Below are positions 30,313 through 39,815 of a stretch of 64,000 nucleotides of DNA, in pieces. Source of the DNA: an uncultured Verrucomicrobiae bacterium (GTDB lineage Bacteria; Verrucomicrobiota; Verrucomicrobiia; Chthoniobacterales; Chthoniobacteraceae); NCBI GenBank assembly GCA_963828525.1, contig CAWHEP010000004.1, forward strand, positions 128,001 to 192,000, read 5' to 3'. A program made the position numbers and the translations under genes. The notes under the pieces were generated by a model, which was not told where the DNA came from, ran no database searches, and worked only from the letters and a program-made list of their open reading frames with translations. The first letter of the stretch is position 1. Every line of letters begins with the position of its first letter.

Positions 30313-31895
30313 AGGATCGGCGCGGTTGGCGCGGGACTCTGCATAAGCTTATATTCGAGGCTATCCACGAGGGCCAGCCAACTGGCCTCGATGATATTGT
30401 TTGAGACACCCACCGTACCCCAGCTGGTGTGACCGTCTGTTGATACGATGAGCACGCGAGTGCCTGCCGAAGTCCCCTTTTGGCTAGCCAGAATCCGCAC
30501 CTTGTAGTCCTGCAACTCGATCTCCTCGATCTGAGGAAAAAACGGGAGAAGCGCTTTTCGCAATGCTCCATCCAGGGCGTTCACTGGGCCATCGCCTTCC
30601 GCGACTGTGTATTCATCCACCCCATCCACGCGCAGCTTCACCGTGGCCTCGCAACTATGAGGTTCTCCCGACCCGGGGCGCTGGAACATGCAATGATACT
30701 CCTCCAACTCAAAGGATGGCCGATGCTGGCCCAGTATTCTCCGAATCAGAAGATGGAAGGACGCTTCCGCCGCCTCGAACTCGTATCCCTCATTTTCCAT
30801 CCGCTTCACCGTGGCGAGGATTTTTGCCACCTCGGGGCTGCCCTTCTCGAGCGCGAAGCCGAGTTCCCGCGCCTTTAGCAGAACATTGCTCTGCCCAGAC
30901 AGCTCGGATACCAGAATGTGCTGGTCATTGCCAACTGCGGCTGGGTCAATGTGTTCATAGGAACGCGCCACCTTTTGCACTGCGTTCACATGGATGCCGC
31001 CTTTATGCGCGAAAGCGGAGACGCCGACAAATGGAGCGCGTTTGTCGTGAGCGATGTTTGCCAGCTCATCCACGAACAGCGAGAGGTCGCGCAACTTCGT
31101 GAGGTCTGGAACAGCCTGCATCCCGAGCTTTGCCTGCAGATTCGGTATGACGGTGATGAGGTTGCAATTCCCGACGCGCTCGCCGTAGCCATTGATGGTG
31201 CCCTGCACCTGCGACGCGCCTTCGAGGACCGCCGCGAGGGCGTTTGCCACTCCCACGCCGCAATCGTTGTGCGTGTGGATGCCCACCGCCGTCCCCAGCT
31301 TCTGGATGGTGGCACGAGTGATCGCGCTTACTTCGTCTGGCATCGTGCCACCGTTTGTGTCGCACAGGACGACCAGATCCACGCCAGCGTCCCGCGCGGC
31401 AAGCGCGGCTTGCAGCGTGTAGTCCGCGTCATCCTTGTATCCATCAAAGAAGTGCTCGGCGTCGTAGAAGACTTCCCGCCCATGCGCTTTGAAGTAACGG
31501 ATCGTGTCAGCGATCATTTCCAGGTTCTGTTGTGGGGTGACGTTCAGAACCTCCGTGACATGAAAGCGGGAGCTTTTGCCCACCAGGGTGACAACGGGCG
31601 TTTCTGCCTCGAGCAGGAGTTTGACCTGGGGATCTTCCTCCACCCGGAGGTTTGCCCGGCGGGTGCTTCCGAACGCCGCGATCTTTGCGTTTGTCCACTT
31701 GATGTTCCGCGCCTCGCGGAAGAAAGCGACGTCCTTCTCATTTGACCCCGGCCAGCCCCCCTCGATGTATTGCATGCCGAATGCGTCCAACTTCTCGGCG
31801 ACACGAATCTTATCCAGAACGCTGAAGGAGATTCCTTCTCCCTGCGTGCCATCGCGCAAGGTGGTGTCATACATCGTGACTGTGCGTTTTGTCAT
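30309..31895 (-). CDS. cimA: Citramalate synthase
   Basis: DTTLRDGTQGE, YIEGGWPGSN, DAEHFFDGY, HTHND, AFAHKGG, GDGPVNALD, DYKVRI. Confidence 0.92.
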   Translation of the reverse strand: MTKRTVTMYDTTLRDGTQGEGISFSVLDKIRVAEKLDAFGMQYIEGGWPGSNEKDVAFFREARNIKWTNAKIAAFGSTRRANLRVEEDPQVKLLLEAETPVVTLVGKSSRFHVTEVLNVTPQQNLEMIADTIRYFKAHGREVFYDAEHFFDGYKDDADYTLQAALAARDAGVDLVVLCDTNGGTMPDEVSAITRATIQKLGTAVGIHTHNDCGVGVANALAAVLEGASQVQGTINGYGERVGNCNLITVIPNLQAKLGMQAVPDLTKLRDLSLFVDELANIAHDKRAPFVGVSAFAHKGGIHVNAVQKVARSYEHIDPAAVGNDQHILVSELSGQSNVLLKARELGFALEKGSPEVAKILATVKRMENEGYEFEAAEASFHLLIRRILGQHRPSFELEEYHCMFQRPGSGEPHSCEATVKLRVDGVDEYTVAEGDGPVNALDGALRKALLPFFPQIEEIELQDYKVRILASQKGTSAGTRVLIVSTDGHTSWGTVGVSNNIIEASWLALVDSLEYKLMQSPAPTAPIL

Positions 31896-31980
31896 AGGAG
31901 GAACTTCCCTAGTTCAGGTGAAGCGCCAATGCAAGGGGGCGCCTGCTCTCCGGAGTGGCGCGAGCTCCGCGCGGCCAGTG

Positions 31981-33159
31981 TTACTTCAGCGAATCGAGCA
32001 GGACTTTGCGGGAGGCCTGCGCCTGCGCCTCTTCCTGATTGCACAGGAGTATGCCCTTGAGGTCATCTCCGCGAAAGTAACGAGCGATGAACTTCTTTTT
32101 GCCACGATCTCCTTCGATCTCCGCTCGGGTGGGAGGAGCGGTGAAATCCCCGATGAAGTCAAAATGGAGATCGAACAATACGCTCGCGTGCCGCGGAATG
32201 TATTCAAACTTCTGCCGCTTCTTACCTGTGATATTTGCCCCTGCGATCCTGCCCTGCTCCAAGGCGCTTTCCCAGTGCTCTGCGCGCCGCGCGCCGCCGA
32301 AGAGTCGATCCGGATAGAGGGCGATGTCGCCAACTGCGTAAATCCCTTTCTCGTCGGTCTCGAGATACTCATTTACCGGGGTGCCTCCAGGGCTGCAAAG
32401 AGGGGTGTCCGACACCAAATCGAGGTTTGGCTCTCCGCCGATCGCAACGAGCGCCATGCCAGCGGCAAAGCGGTTTCCGCTCTTAGTCTGTATGTTTTTG
32501 AGGACCGTTTTACCCTCAAAGCCGTTCAGGGTCTCCTGCATCATCATTTCGACACCTTTTTTTGCAAAGTAGTCTGTAAGCCAGCGCGCCGACTCTGGGT
32601 CGAGGTGTTTGCGCCAGAGACACGCGTGCTTGCTCATCAACTTCACGTCGAGTTTCATCTGCTTTATGAGAGCCGCTGTTTCCGCGGCGATGTGGCCGCC
32701 GCCGATGACGACGATGCTTTTCTCCCCCTGGCAGATTTCGCGAAGCGCAATCACATCGCGGAGCGTGCGGATATAGATGACGTTTCCAAGATTTGCCCCT
32801 GCGACCAGGGGGCGCTTCGGACGGCTGCCAGTTGCCAGGCACGCCTTGCGAAACTCGACGGCCTGCCCAGTTGCGAGCACGGCTATATGACGGTCGAGAT
32901 TGATCTCGGTCACCGTTGTCTCGAGTCTCAAATCGACCTTGTGCGCGGCATACCACTTCGGGTCATGGTGAGCGATGCTCTCCGGAGCGACGGCTTCTCG
33001 GACGAGGTAGGACTTTAGCAGCGAGGGGCGTTTGTAGGGCGCCGCCGACTCGGCTCCCACGAGCATTACGGAACCGCGCTTGTCATAATGGCGGATGGTT
33101 TCGCAAACGCTTGCGCCCCCAACTCCTGCCCCGACGATAAGGTAATCTCTTTGGATCAT
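31981..33159 (-). CDS. FAD-dependent pyridine nucleotide-disulfide oxidoreductase (ferredoxin-reductase-like)
   Basis: IVGAGVGG, PYKRPSL, LATGS, VIGGGHIAAE, IYAVGD, RRAEHW. Confidence 0.88.
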   Translation of the reverse strand: MIQRDYLIVGAGVGGASVCETIRHYDKRGSVMLVGAESAAPYKRPSLLKSYLVREAVAPESIAHHDPKWYAAHKVDLRLETTVTEINLDRHIAVLATGQAVEFRKACLATGSRPKRPLVAGANLGNVIYIRTLRDVIALREICQGEKSIVVIGGGHIAAETAALIKQMKLDVKLMSKHACLWRKHLDPESARWLTDYFAKKGVEMMMQETLNGFEGKTVLKNIQTKSGNRFAAGMALVAIGGEPNLDLVSDTPLCSPGGTPVNEYLETDEKGIYAVGDIALYPDRLFGGARRAEHWESALEQGRIAGANITGKKRQKFEYIPRHASVLFDLHFDFIGDFTAPPTRAEIEGDRGKKKFIARYFRGDDLKGILLCNQEEAQAQASRKVLLDSLK

Positions 33160-33284
33160 TAACGAGACAAGCGATACTGCCGAGTCTTGCCGCAACTGCG
33201 AGGAAAATTTCGGTTATGGTGAAATTTGACTCAAGGGGTGGCAAAGGCCTGACGCGGCAAGGCTCTGCCGCGTTATGTCCCGCG

Positions 33285-33312
33285 TTGACAGGAATGCGCT
33301 TTGTCCTACTAT
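33285..33312 (+). promoter_or_regulatory. Sigma70-like promoter
   Basis: TTGACA-16 nt-TACTAT, ending 9 nt before ATG 33322. Confidence 0.4.
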
Positions 33313-33321
33313 CCGCGGGAT

Positions 33322-33717
33322 ATGAAGTTCGGAAATCGGATTGCTCTGCTGTGGATGACCGCGACGTTTCTCGGCGCTGGCGCGACAAGCAGGGCCGGGG
33401 ACGCAGGCGCTTATGAAAGTTCGCTGGATAAGGTGGACTGTGAGCAGGTTGCAGGCTGGATCTGGGCCGTTGCGAAGCCGAATACTCCTGTCAAGATCGA
33501 CATCGTGGAAGGGACGACCGTCATTGGCACTTTCTCCGCGGATAAGTTCCGGCAGGACCTCAAGGACGCCGGGAAAGGGGACGGGAACCACGCCTTCTCG
33601 ATTCCACTACCCGCGAGCCTGAAAGATGGCAAAGCCCATACCCTGAAGGTGAAGGTTTCCGGCGAGGATGTCGAATTACACGGGTCGCCGCAGACGGTGA
33701 CTTGCGACGCAAAGTAG
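33322..33717 (+). CDS. Secreted single-domain (Ig-like) protein
   Basis: Signal peptide, then ~100 aa domain AGWIW...ADKFRQDL..AGKGDGNHAF...KDGKAH...GSP. Confidence 0.75.
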   Translation: MKFGNRIALLWMTATFLGAGATSRAGDAGAYESSLDKVDCEQVAGWIWAVAKPNTPVKIDIVEGTTVIGTFSADKFRQDLKDAGKGDGNHAFSIPLPASLKDGKAHTLKVKVSGEDVELHGSPQTVTCDAK

Positions 33718-33735
33718 TTGCCTGACCTCTGGCGG

Positions 33736-34319
33736 TTATGATCCCGGCGGAACGGTGATCGTCCGCGGCGAGCCTGGAAGTATGAACTGACTCCCAGAAA
33801 CGCCTAGAGTGATCGAGTGAGGCAGTCCATCTTTGATCCTGGGGTTCAACGGGATCGCAAAAGCGTGCGCTCCATTGCCTTTTCCGGCGGCTTCTAAATC
33901 AGAGCGTAGGACATTCGCTGTGATGACATCGAGGACGCGCCCCGAGTCCATGACGTCAAGACTGACAGGTATATTGCGTTCGGACGCGTTCCAGACCCAT
34001 CCCGCGATCTGATCGTGGTTAAGCATGTCGAAGGAACCTTCGTAGACCGGTGGCAGCTCCGAAGGCGCTGTTGCCGCTCTGGTGTCTGCTCTAGAGACAG
34101 CGCAATTGCTTTTTGATAGCTTTGAACCGCAGCCTCTGCGGGAGGGTACGCCAGATAGCGCTCTGCGATTTCATCGATAAGAATGTCAGGATGCTGGTTG
34201 AGGACTATCGCGCGAACCTCCTTCTCGAACTCGGCTTCGCGAGAAGGGATCCACTGCGTGTTCTTGAAGTGCTCGAGATATGTTATCCGCCTGAAGCTGG
34301 CGGACAGGTATGGAGCCAC
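33736..34319 (-). pseudogene. 3' fragment of AlgJ/AlgX-like O-acetyltransferase fused to the same Ig-like domain
   Basis: APYLSASFRRITY...HPDILIDEIAERYL resembles the AlgJ/AlgX C-terminus; frameshift ~34095; then YEGSFD...AGWVW...GKGNGAHAF. No 5' part. Confidence 0.6.
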
Positions 34320-35089
34320 TGGCTTGGCTGGCGGTTGCTGGATATACGCTGCAAATCTATTTCGACTTCTCGGGCTATTCAGATATGGCGATCGGGTTGG
34401 CCCGTATGTTCGGGTTTACTTTTCCGGAAAACTTTGCATATCCCTACATTTCGCAGTCGATCCGGGAATTCTGGAGGCGCTGGCATATCTCTCTCTCCTC
34501 TTGGTTCAGAGACTATGTGTACATCCCTTTGGGCGGCAACCGCTGCTCTCGCGCGCGAATCCATGCGAATCTCCTGACTGTTTTTCTACTGTGCGGTCTC
34601 TGGCATGGGGCGAGCTGGAATTTCATCGTCTGGGGGCTGTTTCACGGATTCTTTCTTGCCATGGAGCGCCCCGACTCTTCGAACTGGCGCTCCACTGGAT
34701 GGCGTCCTATGCGACATGCCTACGCGCTGTTGGTCGTTCTGACGGGGTGGGTGCTTTTCCGAGCCGAGACTTTGTCTCAGGCTGGCGCCTTCCTCGCCGC
34801 GATGGCGGGCTTTTCCCACGGCGGCGGCTTGGAGTATCATCCGTCTTTGTATCTCAACGCAAAGCTGGTGGCAGCGTTCACCGTAGCCGTGATCGGCGCC
34901 ACGCCGCTTCTACCTGCCTTATCCCGCTGGTGTGAAAATTGCCTCCAAAGGCTTCATAACTATTGGAAGCTCGCTGCTGAGGTGCTTCTCACAGGTGGAA
35001 GAGTTATGGCGCTGGCGTTGCTCCTGGTGCTCTGCGCGATGCAAATGGCAGCCGGAACGTATAACCCGTTTATCTACTTCCGATTTTGA
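34319..35089 (+). pseudogene. 3' half of AlgI-type MBOAT O-acyltransferase
   Basis: LQIYFDFSGYSDMAIG, PENF, FWRRWHISLS, YIPLGGN, GLWHGA, NPFIYFRF; the N-terminal half is absent. Confidence 0.88.
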
Positions 35090-35099
35090 CCGCCTGGAA

Positions 35100-35645
35100 C
35101 TACCGCTTCTCTGGCAGTGAGAGCCAAAGTCGCGCATTGTTCCAATCGCGCTTCCCTCTGTCAGCGGTGAGTACCTCCCCGCCCGGCTTGTAGACTCCGA
35201 TTGCGAGCGCTTTCGCGCTTCCCATCTGAGCGGAGGTGACCTGGAAGGCGTCGCGCCAGAAGGCTCCTGGTCTGACCTCAGCGTCTATCGGATGATCGGT
35301 TTGGCTCAGAATTTTCCCGTCCGAGCTGAGCGTCTGGACAAAGAGGGCGTAACCCCGAGACTGGTCAGCGACTCCATTCCAATAGAGCGTCAGCCTGCAG
35401 CCACCGTCATTGTTGCTCAAGCCAGCCCCAGCAAGCTTGAGCGCTTTCCCAAAGAGGACTCCGTGACTTTCAGGGGGAGTTTGTGAAGCGCCCTCATCGA
35501 AGGCCTTTTGGTTCAAGACCGCGATTGCAGGAGTTGCGGCCGCGCGATCAGCCTGAGGCGCAGCCGCGACCTGGAGAGGCTTATTACATCCAGCCATGCA
35601 CAACGCCACGCATGCAAAAAAGAGGGGGAGGAGGGGACGCAACAT
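35100..35645 (-). CDS. Hypothetical lipoprotein with beta-sandwich domain
   Basis: Lipobox MAGC from ATG 35645; LTLYW...LFVQ...QTDHP motif. Confidence 0.65.
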   Translation of the reverse strand: MLRPLLPLFFACVALCMAGCNKPLQVAAAPQADRAAATPAIAVLNQKAFDEGASQTPPESHGVLFGKALKLAGAGLSNNDGGCRLTLYWNGVADQSRGYALFVQTLSSDGKILSQTDHPIDAEVRPGAFWRDAFQVTSAQMGSAKALAIGVYKPGGEVLTADRGKRDWNNARLWLSLPEKR

Positions 35646-35761
35646 CGGAAGCTTCCTAACTGAAACAATCAAGACATCAAGGCCAATCCTCTGGAAGAGC
35701 AATAAGATACACACCGGGTGACTCTGGAATCTGATTTGCAAAGCGGGTTCGCTTCTCTACG

Positions 35762-37894
35762 GTGTGCCCTCTTATGGCGCCCCTTGCGGAAACGGATTTT
35801 GCCTCTTCCACTACTGGCTACTCCGCAGGCAGATCTCTCGTCGCTAGATTATACGCGTCGTTGTGTTTTTCTGCTTCGGGCAACAGCGCGCCCTTGCCCG
35901 AAAAGGGCCGCCCGCCCCGGGGGTTGGTTATTTGGCTGATCGGGCTCACCATCGTGAAAATGGTGTTGGTAGGGCACGAGGAAATCCTGGCCTACTACCT
36001 GCCCCACGATTGCTTATGGCAGGTTCGTGCCGCGCGCCGCCTGTATTGGGAAGGCAGCTACCAATGGGATACCCTTTTGCACCTCCCGGTTTATCCTTTC
36101 TTTATCGAAGCCGTCCGCTGTACCGGGCTGCCGCTGCGGGTGGCCACGGATCTGCTTTTCTGCCTTACATCCTCTCTCCTTGCGGTGGCGCTCTGGCGGC
36201 TGCGAGTTCCCACTGTTATCGCGGCGATAGCCGGGCTGGCCGCGATGTATCACCCCGCGTCGTTTCAGCTACCCAATATTTGCGGTGCTGAGATTCTGAT
36301 GCCCTCCATCATCATGGGCGCTGTCGCTGCCTCGTTGACTTGGTGGGCCAAACGCAATGCGCGACTGACTTTAGGTTCAGCGGTCTCACTTTCAGTCTGG
36401 TGGGCTATGGCATGGAACCTTCGCAGCGAAGCAGTCTTGGTTGCTGGCCTCCTCGGGTTCCTTGCCGTGTGCATTGTCGCTGCTGACTGGCGTCACGGCG
36501 CCGCAGTTCTCTGCAGCCGAGTTTTCACGGGGGTGCTGCTGCCCGTGTGCGCCTCGATGTCATTGGCAACGGCCATCAAGGCCGGGAATTATATGCGATG
36601 GGGCCTGTTTGCCACCACGATCGAGACCGCGCCTGGATACAAGGCTGCTTACCGCGAGCTCCAGTCAATTCCGCCGAAGCAGCCCCTGGATTTCATTCCG
36701 GCCCCGGTCGAGGTCCGTCTTCGCGCGTACAGTGTCAGTCCGGCATTCTCGGAGCTGCGCCCTTTTTTGGAAGGAAGCTTGGGAGCGGGCTGGGCGGGTA
36801 TTTCACGCCCTTTCACGGATGCTCTCGGAATGTTTCAACTTGCGCCTCAGGAGATTGCCGCAGGGTGGTTCTACTGGGCTCTGCATGATTCGGCGGTCGC
36901 AGCGGGACACGGTAATTCACCAGCAGAAGAAAACCGTTTTTTTCAAAGAGTCGCGGATCAGCTCCGTCTGGCTCAGAAGGAGGGACGGCTCTCCTCCCGA
37001 CCTGTACCGATCCCATTCCTGGATCCATCATGGAATCGTTGGATAAGGAAGCTCCCCGGGTCTCTCTACTTTTCCATGCGCATCATGCTCGAGCCCGCCG
37101 TTTCAGTCCGGCCGATGCAGGATCCTCGCGTAGCCGCAAGTCTGGAGAAGGAATTTGATCGCGAGACAAACCGGCGCTCTGATCTACTGGAGCTGCCGGA
37201 AGGCGAAATACGCGGTTGGGTGACGGAGCTCGGCTCGCGCGTCACTTCCGTTAGTCTTGTTTCCCGCGAAGGCGCGATGATCGCGATGACGTTTCCGGAT
37301 ATTCCGCGTCCAGACGTGGATCGAAGCGGACTCGCCGGGTTTGATCTCAGAACCTCAGTGCAAAACCCGGAGGACTGGAACTCTTGCAAGGTGGTTATCA
37401 ATACTCAGGACTCAGGGCTTGTGGATATTCCGATGAGCGCGTTAAAAGTGGGACAGCCTACGCCCCGCTTTGCAGGTAGCCAGAGGGTCACGTTTTGCGC
37501 AGACATTTTGTCTTCCCCCTCCAGAGTCAGTAACTGGACGTGGGATGCGCAGACAGGCTGGGAAAGGCGATATCTGCGAGTGATTAAGATTGCCGGCTGG
37601 GAGCTTTTGCTTTTACCACTCGTATTCGCTGTCGCTGCTCTCAAAAGGGAGCCATCGCCGGGTTTGATCGCCACAACGTTCCTTGCATTCGCCGTCGCGC
37701 AGTGGATGACATTCTTTGCGTTACTCGACGCGACATCATGGCAAAATCAACCCAGATATCTTTTTGTGGTAATGCCTTTGTTTGGTGTGGTCGTGGTATT
37801 AAACGCCTACCAGGTGCTCGCTAGCGCGCTTGTTCTGTTTAGGCGCGGAACCGAGGTAAGCAATCCCTCGATGAATCCGGTGGTGACCTTGTGA
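35762..37894 (+). CDS. Multi-pass membrane protein, GT-C-like (start uncertain)
   Basis: PHD acidic loop after TM1, PVYPFF, many TM helices, large soluble loop, C-terminal QPRYLF; lies within a glycan locus. Confidence 0.6.
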   Translation: MCPLMAPLAETDFASSTTGYSAGRSLVARLYASLCFSASGNSAPLPEKGRPPRGLVIWLIGLTIVKMVLVGHEEILAYYLPHDCLWQVRAARRLYWEGSYQWDTLLHLPVYPFFIEAVRCTGLPLRVATDLLFCLTSSLLAVALWRLRVPTVIAAIAGLAAMYHPASFQLPNICGAEILMPSIIMGAVAASLTWWAKRNARLTLGSAVSLSVWWAMAWNLRSEAVLVAGLLGFLAVCIVAADWRHGAAVLCSRVFTGVLLPVCASMSLATAIKAGNYMRWGLFATTIETAPGYKAAYRELQSIPPKQPLDFIPAPVEVRLRAYSVSPAFSELRPFLEGSLGAGWAGISRPFTDALGMFQLAPQEIAAGWFYWALHDSAVAAGHGNSPAEENRFFQRVADQLRLAQKEGRLSSRPVPIPFLDPSWNRWIRKLPGSLYFSMRIMLEPAVSVRPMQDPRVAASLEKEFDRETNRRSDLLELPEGEIRGWVTELGSRVTSVSLVSREGAMIAMTFPDIPRPDVDRSGLAGFDLRTSVQNPEDWNSCKVVINTQDSGLVDIPMSALKVGQPTPRFAGSQRVTFCADILSSPSRVSNWTWDAQTGWERRYLRVIKIAGWELLLLPLVFAVAALKREPSPGLIATTFLAFAVAQWMTFFALLDATSWQNQPRYLFVVMPLFGVVVVLNAYQVLASALVLFRRGTEVSNPSMNPVVTL

Positions 37895-39114
37895 TGAAAC
37901 CGGCGCAATACCTGATCTTAGGAGGCGGCCCAAGCGGATTGACCGTCGCGCACGCGCTTATTGCTGCAGGTATACCTTTGGAGCAGGTAGTGGTTATTGA
38001 GGCGGAGACTGAACCGGGCGGTCTTTGCCGCTCAACCGTCATCGACGGGTCGCCTCTGGATATTGGGGGCGGTCACTTCCTCGACGTTCGCCGTCGGGAA
38101 GTATTGGATTTTTTATTCCGCTTCATGCCGGCTGAAGAATGGAATACCTTCGGCCGTGTAGCAAAAATTAGGCTGCGGAAGCAGGAGATCGATCACCCTC
38201 TGGAGGCAAATCTCTGGCAATTCACCAAGGAAGACCAGGTGGATTACCTTGAATCCATCGCGCAAGCAGGAGCGGTCCGGGGCGAGACAATGCCCGAGTC
38301 GTTCGCCGACTGGGTAAGGTGGAAGTTTGGCGAGCGCATCGCTGAGGAGTATATGTTGCCATACAATCGCAAAATGTGGTCGATGAGCCTGGAAACTCTG
38401 GGCACATATTGGCTCTACAAGCTTCCTAATGTTTCCTTTCGGGAGACGCTCCGTAGTTGCCTGGAAGCGCGGCCCTTTGGAGCTCTACCCGCTCACGGCA
38501 CATTCCTTTACCCGAAAACGCATGGGTATGGGGAGGTCTGGCGCCGAATGGGGAAGGCGCTTGGCGATAGCTTGATCTTGGGGTGCCCTGTTACAAGCAT
38601 CGACATTGATTCGCTCGTGGTTAACGACTGTTGGAAGGCAGAAACGGTTATAAGCTCCGTACCTTGGACGATTTGGCCGCGACTCGCCGGAAATCTCCCG
38701 CCGTCAGTGATAGGTTTCATTGATGAACTGCGCTACACCGCTGTGGACGTGGACTACCATCACGAGACGCAGGAGACAAACGCCCATTGGATCTACGAAC
38801 CTCGGGAAGACATAGGATATCACCGCATCCTGGCCCGTTCAAACTTTAGCGCTGGCGCGGTTGGCTATTGGACGGAAGCCAATGACTCGCGTTCTGAACC
38901 ACAAACAGGATTCCGACACCACAACAAATATGCGTATCCGGTGAATACGTTGGGAAAGCCGGCCGCCGTGAATGGAATTGTAGAGTGGGCGAGGGGGAAG
39001 AACATTATTGGGCTGGGCCGCTGGGGCACTTGGGAGCATATGAACAGTGATGTGGCGGTGGCGGAAGCTCTGGCGTTGGCTAGGAAGCTCACTCAGGGAG
39101 CGTTCCGCGCGTGA
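37891..39114 (+). CDS. FAD-dependent oxidoreductase, UDP-galactopyranose mutase/HemY-like
   Basis: ILGGGPSG, PGGLCRS, DIGGGHF, PYNRKMW, YAYP, GRWGTWEHMNSD. Confidence 0.75.
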   Translation: MMKPAQYLILGGGPSGLTVAHALIAAGIPLEQVVVIEAETEPGGLCRSTVIDGSPLDIGGGHFLDVRRREVLDFLFRFMPAEEWNTFGRVAKIRLRKQEIDHPLEANLWQFTKEDQVDYLESIAQAGAVRGETMPESFADWVRWKFGERIAEEYMLPYNRKMWSMSLETLGTYWLYKLPNVSFRETLRSCLEARPFGALPAHGTFLYPKTHGYGEVWRRMGKALGDSLILGCPVTSIDIDSLVVNDCWKAETVISSVPWTIWPRLAGNLPPSVIGFIDELRYTAVDVDYHHETQETNAHWIYEPREDIGYHRILARSNFSAGAVGYWTEANDSRSEPQTGFRHHNKYAYPVNTLGKPAAVNGIVEWARGKNIIGLGRWGTWEHMNSDVAVAEALALARKLTQGAFRA

Positions 39115-39815
39115 AGATCAGCCTATGCCTGATTGTGTGGAACGAGGTCGAAGGGTGCGCCATCGATGTGCCTGATCTGCCGACCTCCGACTTTCACGAG
39201 GTATTTGCTGTGGATGGAGGAAGCACAGACGGAACTGTCCCATTCCTTGAGAACTGCGGTATCGCCGTCCACGCGCAGCCTCGGAAAAGCCTTAACGCGG
39301 CGTATCACCACGCGGTGAGTTTATGCACGGGCGACGCGCTGGTCGTGTTTTTTCCCAAGGCTACTATTTCCCCCCGCAGTCTGATCGACATAGTTAAATC
39401 CTTGCACAAAGGGTATGAGCTCGTCATCGCGAGCCGAAACATTCGCGGGGGAGTGAACGAAGAGGATTGCAAATTCCTGAAGCCTAGGAAGTGGGGAATC
39501 AGGGCACTCGCGCTGCTGGTGGCCGGACTGTGGTGCAGAGACGGACTCTGGGTGCGGGATGTCTTGCACGGAGTAAAGGGGTTTACCCTTTCCTCTTTTC
39601 GCCGGATGAATATTAATCCTGTCGGCGTCACAATCGACCTCGAGATGATTGTTCGGGCGTACCGGTTGAGGATATCAAGGATGGAGGTTCCTGTTCAGGA
39701 AAGCCCGCGCATCGCGGGCAAGACCCATTTCAAGATTTGGCCGACTGCAAAGAAGCTGGCTCGTTTTATTTTGACGGAGATCCGCGGCAGACCGTTGATG
39801 CCGCATAATCAGTAA
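39111..39815 (+). CDS. Family 2 glycosyltransferase (DPM-synthase-like)
   Basis: WNEVEG, VDGGSTDGT, LVIASR, EVPVQESPRIAG; no clear DxD. Confidence 0.78.
   Translation: MKISLCLIVWNEVEGCAIDVPDLPTSDFHEVFAVDGGSTDGTVPFLENCGIAVHAQPRKSLNAAYHHAVSLCTGDALVVFFPKATISPRSLIDIVKSLHKGYELVIASRNIRGGVNEEDCKFLKPRKWGIRALALLVAGLWCRDGLWVRDVLHGVKGFTLSSFRRMNINPVGVTIDLEMIVRAYRLRISRMEVPVQESPRIAGKTHFKIWPTAKKLARFILTEIRGRPLMPHNQ

Noticed and set aside
31576..33018. 480-aa plus-strand ORF
   Set aside because: Antisense to cimA and the oxidoreductase.
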